The notes under the pieces are model-generated. The model saw only the letters and a program-made list of their open reading frames with translations. It was not told the origin of the DNA and did not search any database. DNA of 64,000 nt from an uncultured cyanobacterium. Lineage in GTDB: Bacteria > Cyanobacteriota > Cyanobacteriia > Pseudanabaenales > Pseudanabaenaceae. The stretch is from positions 1,376,001-1,440,000 of the forward strand of contig OY969811.1 of the NCBI GenBank assembly GCA_963703315.1, given 5' to 3'. Within the stretch, counting starts at the first letter, position 1; each line of letters opens with the position of its first letter. Both the position numbers and the translations under genes were made by a program. Shown here one piece after another: positions 32,901 through 42,266 of this stretch.

Positions 32901-34496
32901 ATGTTAAGTCTCGAAAACTTCCCTTGGCTCACGTTTATCATCGCCTTTCCCATACTTATGTCCCTTGTAGTTGCCTTTGTGCCAGACAAAGGGGACGGCA
33001 AAACCATTCGTTGGTTTGCTTTGGTGGTAGGACTGATTGACTTTGCGGCGATCGCCTACGCTTTTTGTACGAAGTATGACTACAGCAACCCTGGTTTGCA
33101 ACTCGTCGAGAAATACTCATGGGTTCCCGACTTAGGGCTAAATTGGTCAGTGGGCGTAGATGGACTCTCGATGCCCTTGGTCTTGCTGACTGGATTTATC
33201 ACCACATTAGCAACCTTGGCAGCCTGGCCAGTCACACTTAAACCACGTTTATTTTATTTTTTATTGCTATCGATGTATGGCGCACAAATTGCTGTGTTTG
33301 CCGTACAGGATATGCTGCTATTTTTCCTAACATGGGAATTAGAGCTAATTCCCGTTTACCTATTGCTATCAATCTGGGGCGGGTACAAGCGTCTTTACGC
33401 TGCCACTAAGTTTATTTTGTATACAGCGATCGGTTCCCTGTTTATCCTTGTCGCAGGGCTAGCAATGGCTTTCTATGGCGATACAGTCTCCTTTGACATG
33501 ACTGTTCTTGCCAATAAAAACTATCCCCTCACCTTCCAGCTATTAGCCTACGGTGCATTCTTGATTTCCTACGGTGTCAAGTTGCCGATTTTCCCATTAC
33601 ATACATGGCTACCTGACGCTCACGGTGAAGCGACAGCACCTGTGCATATGTTACTGGCAGGAATTCTGTTAAAAATGGGTGGTTATGCCCTGATGCGGAT
33701 GAATGCAGGAATGTTGCCTGAAGCTCATGCTTACTTTGCCCCAATCTTGGTGATTTTGGGGATCGTGAATATTATTTATGCGGCGCTCACTTCCTTTGCC
33801 CAGCGCAGTCTTAAACGCAAAATCGCCTATTCGTCAATTTCTCACATGGGCTTTGTGCTGATTGGTTTAGCTTCATTTACCGATCTTGGTACTAGCGGCG
33901 CAATGTTGCAAATGATCTCGCACGGACTGATTGGCGCAAGCTTGTTCTTCCTAGTGGGTGCAACCTACGATCGCACCCATACGCTGATCCTTGATGAGAT
34001 GGGCGGAGTCGGTCAGCAAATGCCAAAGATATTTGCCATGTTTACGACCTGCTCCCTCGCCTCCCTCGCTTTACCGGGGATGAGTGGATTTGTTGCGGAA
34101 GTGATGATTTTTGTGGGCTTTGCGACTAGCGATGCCTATAGCGGCACATTCAAAGTCATTGCGATTTTGTTAATGGCTGTAGGTGTAATTTTAACGCCTG
34201 TATATTTGCTCTCGATGCTGCGGGAAATTTTCTACGGCAAAGAAAATACTGAACTTACGTCTCATCAAGATCTTGTGGATGCTGAACCTCGCGAAGTCTT
34301 CATCATCGCTTGTCTCTTGATCCCAATCATCGGTATTGGCTTCTATCCCAAAATCGTTACCCAAATTTACGACACAACTACGACTAAACTTGCTGGGGTA
34401 TTGCGTGACGCTGTACCCGTATTGGCAGATAAACGCGATAACAAGCGTTTGGCAAGCTTACAAGCTCAAGCTGCACCAAGTTTAATCAAGCAGTAG
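32901..34496 (+). CDS. ndhD: NAD(P)H-quinone oxidoreductase subunit 4 (NdhD1-type)
   Basis: [47 protein letters not shown]. Confidence 0.96.
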   Translation: MLSLENFPWLTFIIAFPILMSLVVAFVPDKGDGKTIRWFALVVGLIDFAAIAYAFCTKYDYSNPGLQLVEKYSWVPDLGLNWSVGVDGLSMPLVLLTGFITTLATLAAWPVTLKPRLFYFLLLSMYGAQIAVFAVQDMLLFFLTWELELIPVYLLLSIWGGYKRLYAATKFILYTAIGSLFILVAGLAMAFYGDTVSFDMTVLANKNYPLTFQLLAYGAFLISYGVKLPIFPLHTWLPDAHGEATAPVHMLLAGILLKMGGYALMRMNAGMLPEAHAYFAPILVILGIVNIIYAALTSFAQRSLKRKIAYSSISHMGFVLIGLASFTDLGTSGAMLQMISHGLIGASLFFLVGATYDRTHTLILDEMGGVGQQMPKIFAMFTTCSLASLALPGMSGFVAEVMIFVGFATSDAYSGTFKVIAILLMAVGVILTPVYLLSMLREIFYGKENTELTSHQDLVDAEPREVFIIACLLIPIIGIGFYPKIVTQIYDTTTTKLAGVLRDAVPVLADKRDNKRLASLQAQAAPSLIKQ

Positions 34497-34563
34497 TGAA
34501 GTTTGTTAAACTTTCATGAATTGGGCTAAAAAAGAAAGGGAGCGTAAAGCGCTCCCTTTCTTT

Positions 34564-36060
34564 TTAGCCTCGAAACACATTTTGTCGAGAAGCTAATCTG
34601 GCTTTGCCTGAAGTTGCCCATTCTTGCAGAACTTGAATTTCCTGTTGAGCAGTTTGCGCCAATGGCACAATTTGGCTAGCCGCTTCGAGGATGTCATCGG
34701 TGGTGAAGTCCCGATTTTGACTGAAGCCAATGTGCATCGCTTCGATGATGCCCTGTTCGATTTCGGCTCCTGAAAAATCTGGAGTTTCGTAGGCAAGGCG
34801 ATCGATGTCGTAGGCGCGATTATTGTGGGGGCGGTACTTGTTTAAATGTACAGAGAAAATCTGCGATCGCTCTTCTTGGTTGGGCAAACCCACAAAAAAC
34901 ACCTCATCGAATCTACCTTTTCGCAATAGTTCGGGAGGTAAAGTCCGAATATTATTTGCAGTCGCCACCACAAATACAGGCGAAGTCTTTTCTGCCATCC
35001 ATGTGAGGAATGTACCAAATACGCGATTTGTCGTTCCTGAATCGCCACGACCTTCTAACCCTGAGAAAGCCTTATCAATTTCATCAATCCATAATACGCA
35101 GGGAGAGAGCGCTTCAGCTAGCTGAATCATTTGACGGGTGCGGGATTCACTCTCACCGACTAGTCCTGCAAACAGGCGACCAACATCGAGACGCAATAGG
35201 GGCAAATGCCAATGGTGCGAAATTGCTTTAGCCGTAAGAGATTTGCCTGTACCTTGAATTCCTGCTAATAGTAAGCCTCTGGGATGGGGTAAGCCATACT
35301 TACGGGCGCGATCGCTAAAGGCTCCACCGCGTCTTAATAACCATTCTTTGAGATTATCCAAGCCACCAATATCACTAATTTCTGTAGTTGATGGATAGAA
35401 TTCTAAAATTTGAGTTTGGCGAATACTTTGACGCTTTTCTTCAAGGATTAATTCCACGTCTTCAGGACGGAGGCGACCATTTTCGGCGATCGCTTTGGCT
35501 AATACCCGTCTAATGCGTTCTAGAGATAAGCCTTGTCCAGCCCGCACTAAATCATCGATCGCCTGTTTGTTTAATTGCAGATCATTAACTGAATTTGGAG
35601 AACTAGCGATTTGTTCAATTTCTATTTTTAATTCACTGGGATTTGGAAGTGGAAATTCTAGAATCGAGAAAAATTCACTGAGGCTATCGGGAATATTAAG
35701 CTGTGAGGCAAGTACAATAATATTCTGAGCTTCACTTTTGAGCTTGCGGGCTAAGTTTTTTAGCTTACGGGCGATCGCTACATCATCGAGAAAGCGATCG
35801 AAATCTCGCAATACAAACACTGCACCTTTGGGAATTTTATCCACAAATTCTAAAGCTTGGAGTGGATTACGTTTACCAGCACCCGCATCAGTGGGATTGG
35901 ACTGATAACCATCCACAAAATCCCAGATAAACACGCTACGTCCAAGGGATTTTGCCACGTTGCTAATCACGGCTTCGACCCGTTCCTCTTCGGCTGAAGG
36001 TATATAAATCAAGGGATAACGAGCGCGGAGGGTGAGATTTAAGTCAGCTTCAAAATTCAT
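34564..36060 (-). CDS. ycf46: Ycf46-family AAA ATPase
   Basis: LRARYPLIYI..EEER, GIQGTGKSL, LWIDEIDK, LRKGRFDE. Confidence 0.9.
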   Translation of the reverse strand: MNFEADLNLTLRARYPLIYIPSAEEERVEAVISNVAKSLGRSVFIWDFVDGYQSNPTDAGAGKRNPLQALEFVDKIPKGAVFVLRDFDRFLDDVAIARKLKNLARKLKSEAQNIIVLASQLNIPDSLSEFFSILEFPLPNPSELKIEIEQIASSPNSVNDLQLNKQAIDDLVRAGQGLSLERIRRVLAKAIAENGRLRPEDVELILEEKRQSIRQTQILEFYPSTTEISDIGGLDNLKEWLLRRGGAFSDRARKYGLPHPRGLLLAGIQGTGKSLTAKAISHHWHLPLLRLDVGRLFAGLVGESESRTRQMIQLAEALSPCVLWIDEIDKAFSGLEGRGDSGTTNRVFGTFLTWMAEKTSPVFVVATANNIRTLPPELLRKGRFDEVFFVGLPNQEERSQIFSVHLNKYRPHNNRAYDIDRLAYETPDFSGAEIEQGIIEAMHIGFSQNRDFTTDDILEAASQIVPLAQTAQQEIQVLQEWATSGKARLASRQNVFRG

Positions 36061-36295
36061 TGATCACTAAGCCGTGAGTAAAACGCTAGAATATCTACAG
36101 CCTATAATTTATAGCAAAATAGATGTTTAACATAGCAGCAACTATGAATAAGTTATAAAATAATCGAATTTTAAAAGATATTGCGTGCATTTAATGGGAC
36201 GAAAACGTGATATTCAGCAATATCCAAATAGGCAAAGGGCACTGGTCATTGAATTAGTGGTATGAGAAAATAGAGGCAGAGGAAAGGAGAAAGCT

Positions 36296-36700
36296 ATGGA
36301 ATGCCCCCACTGCCAGAGCCAAAAGATCATCAAAAATGGCAAACATCACCACCAAGATGGCAAAGCTATCCAGAACTATTTGTGTAAAGGATGCGGCAAG
36401 AGATTTAGTGAAAGGACAGGAACGCCAATGTCAAGGCTGAGAACACCAGCAAGTGTCGTATCCTTAGCGCTAAAGATGAGGAGTGAAGGGATGGGAATCA
36501 GAGCCAGTGGCAGAGTCCTCGAAAAATCCCATGTCAGCATCATGAGATGGGAGCAAAAATTGGCAACCCAGTCACAGCAATGGAGTCCAGATGCCCCAGC
36601 AGGAGGAGATATAACAGTCGAGGGAGATGAGGTTTACACTCGCGTAGGCGAGAACCTTCCCCCCCTCAAAGTCAAAAGGATGGACAGTGACATTCATTGA
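36296..36700 (+). CDS. IS1 transposase N-terminal ORF (zinc ribbon + HTH, first catalytic D)
   Basis: CPHC...KNG...QNYLCKGC, GMGIRASGRVL, VEGDEVYTRVG. Confidence 0.85.
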   Translation: MECPHCQSQKIIKNGKHHHQDGKAIQNYLCKGCGKRFSERTGTPMSRLRTPASVVSLALKMRSEGMGIRASGRVLEKSHVSIMRWEQKLATQSQQWSPDAPAGGDITVEGDEVYTRVGENLPPLKVKRMDSDIH

Positions 36701-37292
36701 GCGTAAGAGTCGCTATTGGATTGAGGCAAGGGTAGGACTCAAAACCACTGAATTATTTACTAAAGCAACCAAAACAGCATGGCAATGGGCAAAGGCAAGT
36801 CAATACATCCGATGGTTTACCGATGGCGAAAGACGCTATGCCCAACAACTATGGCAAATGGCAAGTGTGCGCCTCAAATCCACTGAAGTAAGTCGTGAGT
36901 ATAGACATCGCAAGGTATGGCGACATGGCTTAGAAGTTGCGATCAAAATTAAAAGTTCACAGGGAAATCGTCGGGTCGAATGGCTCAAACCTGAGCATCC
37001 CTATACGGCTATTAGCGACAAGTGTGACATTCATGCCAATCACAATGAAGCTAACAACAGTGCTTTGAGAAGGAGATGTAGTGCTTATCGTCGCAGACAA
37101 AACCTATATGCGAAGAATACCGAAGGATTACAACGAGCAGTCACTGTGCAAAGATTAGTTCACAACTGGGTGAGACCTCATGTGGGCTTAGGGAAGAATA
37201 AGACTCCAGTTATGGCGATCGGGCTATATCATCGACCGCTTTCCATGCTGGAGTTGCTTTCACTACGAGGCTTTCACTCCCTCACGATTTAA
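36687..37292 (+). CDS. IS1 transposase C-terminal DDE ORF (+1 frame relative to upstream ORF)
   Basis: WFTDGERRY, NHNEANNSALRRR, HNWVRPH. Confidence 0.85.
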   Translation: MTFIERKSRYWIEARVGLKTTELFTKATKTAWQWAKASQYIRWFTDGERRYAQQLWQMASVRLKSTEVSREYRHRKVWRHGLEVAIKIKSSQGNRRVEWLKPEHPYTAISDKCDIHANHNEANNSALRRRCSAYRRRQNLYAKNTEGLQRAVTVQRLVHNWVRPHVGLGKNKTPVMAIGLYHRPLSMLELLSLRGFHSLTI

Positions 37293-37771
37293 CTGACCAG
37301 TGCCTCGGTGGCAGGCATAGGATTATTAGCGGCAATTTCGCACCCTAGCATTTCTTCTAAACGTTGAATGGTCTCATTCTGCATACTGAGCATCTGTCGA
37401 AGTTCCGCAATTTCTCTATCCCTTAAACTATCAATTTTTTGATGTAGAGATTCAATTTCTTGCTCAGCTCTTGTATCCACATCTAGATCTTGCTTCGCTT
37501 TACCGCGATCAATCTCAGACTGACGATTTTGGCTCATCAAAATGAATGGAGTGGCATAGGCAGCTTGGAAACTTAGGGCAAGATTGAGAAGAATGAAAGG
37601 ATATTCATCCCAATGTTTAATCCAGCTAATGATATTTAAGACAATCCATAAACCTAGCAAAAAGCTTTGAATGAGGATAAATCGCCATGAGCCAACGGTT
37701 GCTGTGACAAGATCAGCAATGCGTTCTCCTCTTGAGGACTGAGAATGTTTGGGCTTAGCTGACTTGTCCAT
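37289..37771 (-). CDS. DUF1003 membrane protein; stop codon lies inside the IS right end
   Basis: GERIAD...VGSWRFI, YPFILLNL, PFILMSQNRQ; start at MDKSAK. Confidence 0.88.
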   Translation of the reverse strand: MDKSAKPKHSQSSRGERIADLVTATVGSWRFILIQSFLLGLWIVLNIISWIKHWDEYPFILLNLALSFQAAYATPFILMSQNRQSEIDRGKAKQDLDVDTRAEQEIESLHQKIDSLRDREIAELRQMLSMQNETIQRLEEMLGCEIAANNPMPATEALVS

Positions 37772-37842
37772 AGATAAAAGCGAGATCCTGTGCAAAATTG
37801 CACTGAATTTAGATATAGCTTAACACTTCAAAATTTAGTTCA

Positions 37843-37946
37843 TAAGTAGCTGGGCATAATTAAAAACCAGAACCAAAACCTATGGCGCACGCGCAGCGTG
37901 CGCCATAGGTTTTAGGGTTTTATATTTAATTGCGCCCAGCTACTTA
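37843..37946. repeat. 104-bp MITE-like element, family B copy 1
   Basis: TAAGTAGCTGGGC...GCCCAGCTACTTA termini; central AAAACCTATGGCGCACGC-GCA-GCGTGCGCCATAGGTTTT. Confidence 0.85.
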
Positions 37947-38171
37947 TAACAAAGAGGGAGCGTAGCACTTCCCTGTACTTAAAATCTAGAAGCTTGTGCC
38001 GATCTCGTAGCGATCGGCACAAGCTTCTAGATTTTGGGTTTTAACTATGCTGAGCTACTAAGTGATAATTTCGGTTTGCGGTTATCCATACCCAAAGACA
38101 GAAAGCAAGATTAGACAAGAGTGTTACGATCGCTACAAGCCAACAAGAATATAACTATAGGGACAAAAATC

Positions 38172-38555
38172 ATGAGGTACTATACATTTGGTAATCTGCC
38201 CAACGGATCTGGAGGGGATGGCGATCGCTGGTCAGGTGTGCGTTTCTGGCTGACAACTTTACTCATTTTTTGGACATTTAGTACGATTGGTCTGGGTTGG
38301 CTAGTTAACTCCTTTTTTATCTTGATTGGTCTGATTACTTTTGTCCCTATCATCGGTTTTTTCGGTTTTCAATGGTGGTTAAAGCGCAGCATCGTCACTG
38401 CTGATTGCCCTATATGCGATACAACTTTTACAGCCTCTAAAGCTACCCAATTTCAATGTCCTAACTGTGGCGAACCTTTACAAGAACAACAAAAGAAATT
38501 TGTGCGGATTACACCACCTGGCACAATTGATATTGATGTCCAAGTTGTTGATTGA
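38172..38555 (+). CDS. Membrane protein with C-terminal zinc ribbon
   Basis: Two TM segments, CPIC...CPNCGEPL, PGTIDIDVQVV. Confidence 0.8.
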   Translation: MRYYTFGNLPNGSGGDGDRWSGVRFWLTTLLIFWTFSTIGLGWLVNSFFILIGLITFVPIIGFFGFQWWLKRSIVTADCPICDTTFTASKATQFQCPNCGEPLQEQQKKFVRITPPGTIDIDVQVVD

Positions 38556-38704
38556 TGTAGCTCAAACCCAGAAGAGAATTGCGGCGCTAAGCGCCGCAAT
38601 TCTCTTCTGGGTTTGAATTTAGAGCTATCCCCGTAGGATGTGTCTCTCAATTATGTATAAAATACTGTTAGCTTTATATTTAGCGTTCAGCATAGGATGT
38701 CACC

Positions 38705-39154
38705 ATGCCATTGATTGCCACCGATAAAATTGTCAAAGACCTTGAAAAAGCAGGTGCTTTAGCGATGCAAGTTCCGCCTGAAGGTGGTTCTGAAGGTCGC
38801 TACCAACTACGCCTTAAAAATGCAGGCTATGAAATTCTCTTTATTACTGCGCGGGGTCTTGGTGATGTGAATAGTTACCTCACAGGTGTTCATGGTGTGC
38901 GTCCCTCACACCTCGGCAAAACCGAGATTCGCACCTATTTTATTCCTCCTGCCATCCAATTTCGACTTAATGCTTTACCTCCAAAGTCTAAGGGTCTAGT
39001 TGTATGGCTGATCGAAGGTAAATATTTATCAAAGGAAGAGCTAGAGACTCTCAGCCAAATCCCCGATCGCGATCCGCGTGTCAAAATTGTGATCGAGACT
39101 GGTAGCGATCGCAAAATTACTTGGCAACCACTCAAACAAGCAGTTGCCGCTTAG
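38705..39154 (+). CDS. ndhN: NDH-1 subunit N
   Basis: PPEGGSEGRYQLRL, TARGLGD..YLTGVHGVRPSHLGK, KGLVVWLIEG. Confidence 0.93.
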   Translation: MPLIATDKIVKDLEKAGALAMQVPPEGGSEGRYQLRLKNAGYEILFITARGLGDVNSYLTGVHGVRPSHLGKTEIRTYFIPPAIQFRLNALPPKSKGLVVWLIEGKYLSKEELETLSQIPDRDPRVKIVIETGSDRKITWQPLKQAVAA

Positions 39155-39231
39155 CAAAAAAGAGTCGCTTCGCGACTCTTTTTTGTTTTTGATAAAATAA
39201 TTGAGCAGAATGTGAAATTAAAGGTAAAGAA

Positions 39232-39486
39232 ATGAGAGCAGTAGAAGTCACAGGAACTATTGACAAACAAGGGCATTTATTACTCGATCATCCCCTTGCC
39301 GTTGATATGCCAAGTCCAGTGCGTGTGATTGTGTTATTTCCTGAATCTGTACAAGAGCTTGCAGATGATCCCGATGACACACCAATTGAGGAAATTAAAG
39401 CTAGTCTAAAGAGAGCATTTCAGCAAGCAAAGGCAGGACAGCGGATTCCTCTTTCACAAATGTGGGATGGTATCGATGCAGAATAA
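39232..39486 (+). CDS. Small protein resembling cyanobacterial type II antitoxins (orphan)
   Basis: MRAVEVTGTIDKQG.LLLD.PL...VRVIVLFPE...SLKRAFQQAKAGQRIPLSQMWDGID; family assignment from recall. Confidence 0.6.
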   Translation: MRAVEVTGTIDKQGHLLLDHPLAVDMPSPVRVIVLFPESVQELADDPDDTPIEEIKASLKRAFQQAKAGQRIPLSQMWDGIDAE

Positions 39487-39492
39487 TCTAAT

Positions 39493-40833
39493 TTATGGTT
39501 TTACTTTTGCGTCTGGTAGTTTCACAAAGATGCGATCGCCGACTTTTGCACCGCTTAAAATTTGAGTTTGGTTTTCCACAGTTGTACCAATCGTCACAGG
39601 ACGGAACTGAGGCTTGCCTTTTTCATCAGCGATCAATAAACCTGTTTTACCTTCTTGCGTGACGATCGCCACTGTTGGCACAACAAGAGCATTATCAATT
39701 CTTTGACCAATAAATCGCAAGTCAGTATTCATGCCCGACTGCAATTTATCTTTGCCAGTTTCTAAAGCTACCCGCACCTGAAACGATGTCACATTCTGCT
39801 CAATAATTGCTTCAGGTGCAATTAGTCTAACCTTGCCTTTAAAGACTTCAGAGGGGAAAGCATCGGCAATAATTTCTACTTCTTGCCCAATCTTAATTTG
39901 GGAAATATCTACTTCAGGAACTTTAGCGATGATCTCTAAACCATTGGCGATCGCCACAATCGAAGTCGATGTTGATGAATTGGTAGCTGAAGCTGTCGTT
40001 GTTGGTGTGACAAAGGCTCCCGCATTGGCATATTTCTGAGTGATAATTCCCGCAAAGGGAGCGCGAATAATTGTATCTTCGATTTGGACTTCGATAATCC
40101 TGATCCCTGCGATCGCTTGGGCAAGCTGAGCTTCTGCTTGGGCAATATCTTCAGGACGGCTACCATTACGGGACTGCTCAAATTGACGGGTTGCCTCCGC
40201 CAGATTTGCTTCAGCAGTGAGTAAATCTGCTTGAGTACTGCGATCATCGGTTAAAACTTCATCTAGGCGATCGCGAGAAATTGCTCCCTCAGTTTGTAAA
40301 TTACGAAAGCGTGATGTTCTTACATTAGTTAAAGCTAAACGCGATCGGGCTGCTTCTAATCGACCTCGTGCCGACTCAATCCTCGCTTGAGCCGCCGCAA
40401 TATCTTCAGGACGGTTACCATTGCGGAGTCTAGCTAAATTAGCTTCACTAGCCGCCGCCGCCGCTTGTGCTTGATAAAGTTGGGGGATCAGGTTCGCATT
40501 GTCCATTCTGGCAATCACCTGTCCCTTATTGACTCGTGTTCCTTGCTCAACTAATAGCTCAACCAACTTTCCTGCTTGTTTGGGGCTAAGGTTAACGGTC
40601 TCAATTGGTACAACCGAACCACTAGACTTGATTTTGATCGGTAAAGACTTGGATTCAACTAATGTAGTTTTATCATTAACTAATTCTGAACCTTGATTAG
40701 AGCTAGTCACAACTCTAAAGATGGTAAATCCACCACCTAGAAGAACAACGAGCAAAACCACAATCAACCAAGGCTTCTGCCCAATACTCTTGAGCTTGTT
40801 TTTGTCTTGTTTTGGGGAAATAGTAGTTTGCAT
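39493..40833 (-). CDS. Efflux RND/ABC periplasmic adaptor (HlyD family)
   Basis: N-terminal TM, lipoyl-like half motifs (VEQGTRVNKGQVIA; IRAPFAGII), coiled coil; start at MQTTIS. Confidence 0.9.
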   Translation of the reverse strand: MQTTISPKQDKNKLKSIGQKPWLIVVLLVVLLGGGFTIFRVVTSSNQGSELVNDKTTLVESKSLPIKIKSSGSVVPIETVNLSPKQAGKLVELLVEQGTRVNKGQVIARMDNANLIPQLYQAQAAAAASEANLARLRNGNRPEDIAAAQARIESARGRLEAARSRLALTNVRTSRFRNLQTEGAISRDRLDEVLTDDRSTQADLLTAEANLAEATRQFEQSRNGSRPEDIAQAEAQLAQAIAGIRIIEVQIEDTIIRAPFAGIITQKYANAGAFVTPTTTASATNSSTSTSIVAIANGLEIIAKVPEVDISQIKIGQEVEIIADAFPSEVFKGKVRLIAPEAIIEQNVTSFQVRVALETGKDKLQSGMNTDLRFIGQRIDNALVVPTVAIVTQEGKTGLLIADEKGKPQFRPVTIGTTVENQTQILSGAKVGDRIFVKLPDAKVKP

Positions 40834-40974
40834 CGAAATTAAGCCTGACAAAGCTGACAGTGTAAAATATTAAGCTTTATTTATATTAATTTATGAGATA
40901 ACGGCTTAATTTACATCACCCCGCAGCATCAATTATAAAAAGTAGAGGTTGCTTAGTATCAACTACTTTGCAGA

Positions 40975-41090
40975 TATAGCAAAGCAAGTTTTGCTTAAGA
41001 CATAAAACCCAAGAAATGAGTGGCGGCGCTTCGCGCCGCCACTCATTTCTTGGGTTTTGGTTTGTACTAGCTAACTCTTACTTTGCTATA
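40975..41090. repeat. 116-bp MITE-like element (family E) containing a GGCGGCGC core palindrome
   Basis: TATAGCAAAGCAAG...CTTACTTTGCTATA termini (13/14); inner AAAACCCAAGAAATGAGTGGCGGCGC-TTC-GCGCCGCCACTCATTTCTTGGGTTTT. Confidence 0.75.
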
Positions 41091-41214
41091 TTACAGCTTT
41101 TGGCTATAACTCACCGCCATCAAAAAACGGTATATTAGCAAAAGTAGGAACTACAAGAGACGCAAAATACTAATCAATTTACTGCACAATTCATAATTGG
41201 GGGTTAATAGCCTT

Positions 41215-42231
41215 GTGAGTCAACCTGTCACAACTTGGGATGAAAAGCCACACATCGTACTTCATGGATCTAAAGATGCAGTGCAGATTCCTCTTGTGAA
41301 TGCGTATTCTTGGACATTAGGACGCGGCTCAGAAAATGACATTCCCCTGTCTGATAAATGTGCATCACGTAACCACGCTATGTTTCAGCTTGTGGGAGAG
41401 AATAATTACTTTCTGATCGATTTGGGTAGTCGCAATGGGTCATTTGTCAATGGACGGCGAGTAACCATTCCTGTCAGTTTAAAAAATGGCGATCGCATTA
41501 CCCTCGGTGAAACTAACCTAGAGTTTTACTGTCCCGAAGTTTCCACTGCTCCCGATATCAACACATCTCCCAATGAAGAAAATACTGATGCGGCGGCAAC
41601 AGCAATGTTGCATAAACGGCAATTGATCACGGTGTTAGTAGTTGATATCCGCGACTTTACCAAACTGACTCAACAAATGGATGAACATCTTCTCTCTGAG
41701 GCGATCGGGACATGGTTCCGCCGTGCTGGAGAGATTATCGATCGCTATGGCAGTTGGGTAGACAAATATATTGGCGATGCGGTGATGACGGTGTGGATTC
41801 ATGAGGCTGGCAAAGGTTCTGATACTGTCGCCACCCAAGATATGCTCAAAGTCTATCGCGCCCTGTATGAGCTATACACAATGAGCAATGAACTCAATCA
41901 ACAATTTGAATTACCATTTCAATTGCGTGTTGGTGCAGGCATCAATACAGGCTATGCAATGGTTGGTCAAATGGGAACGAGTGAGCATCCAGACTACACG
42001 GCGCTCGGCGATACGGTTAATGCTGCATTTAGATTAGAGTCATCGACTAAGCCGCTAGGACTAGATGTAGCGATCGGTTCTGCTACCTATAGTCACACTC
42101 CCTATGCTGCGGTTTTACTGCCCCTCAAGCAATATTCTGTAGATTTAAAAGGCTATAGCGCTCCCACAATTACCTATGCAGGAACTTTTAGCGAACTAGG
42201 AACATACATCAAGAAATTAGATGCTGAATGA
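41215..42231 (+). CDS. FHA-domain class IIIb adenylate cyclase (Cya1/CyaD-like)
   Basis: FHA LGR...SRNHA...DLGSRNGSFVNG; VVDIRDFT, DKYIGDAVM, YTALGDTVNAAFRLE; GTG start 41215 assumed. Confidence 0.9.
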   Translation: MSQPVTTWDEKPHIVLHGSKDAVQIPLVNAYSWTLGRGSENDIPLSDKCASRNHAMFQLVGENNYFLIDLGSRNGSFVNGRRVTIPVSLKNGDRITLGETNLEFYCPEVSTAPDINTSPNEENTDAAATAMLHKRQLITVLVVDIRDFTKLTQQMDEHLLSEAIGTWFRRAGEIIDRYGSWVDKYIGDAVMTVWIHEAGKGSDTVATQDMLKVYRALYELYTMSNELNQQFELPFQLRVGAGINTGYAMVGQMGTSEHPDYTALGDTVNAAFRLESSTKPLGLDVAIGSATYSHTPYAAVLLPLKQYSVDLKGYSAPTITYAGTFSELGTYIKKLDAE

Positions 42232-42266
42232 TTTTGTGGCGCGGCTTCGCCGCGCCACAAAATCAT

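Larger units (their letters stand above)
36238..37304 (+). mobile_element. IS1-family insertion sequence (about 1067 bp)
   Basis: IRL GGCACTGGTCATTGAATT and IRR (reverse complement) GGCACTGGTCAGTTAAAT, 15/18 identical; no target duplication found. Confidence 0.9.
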
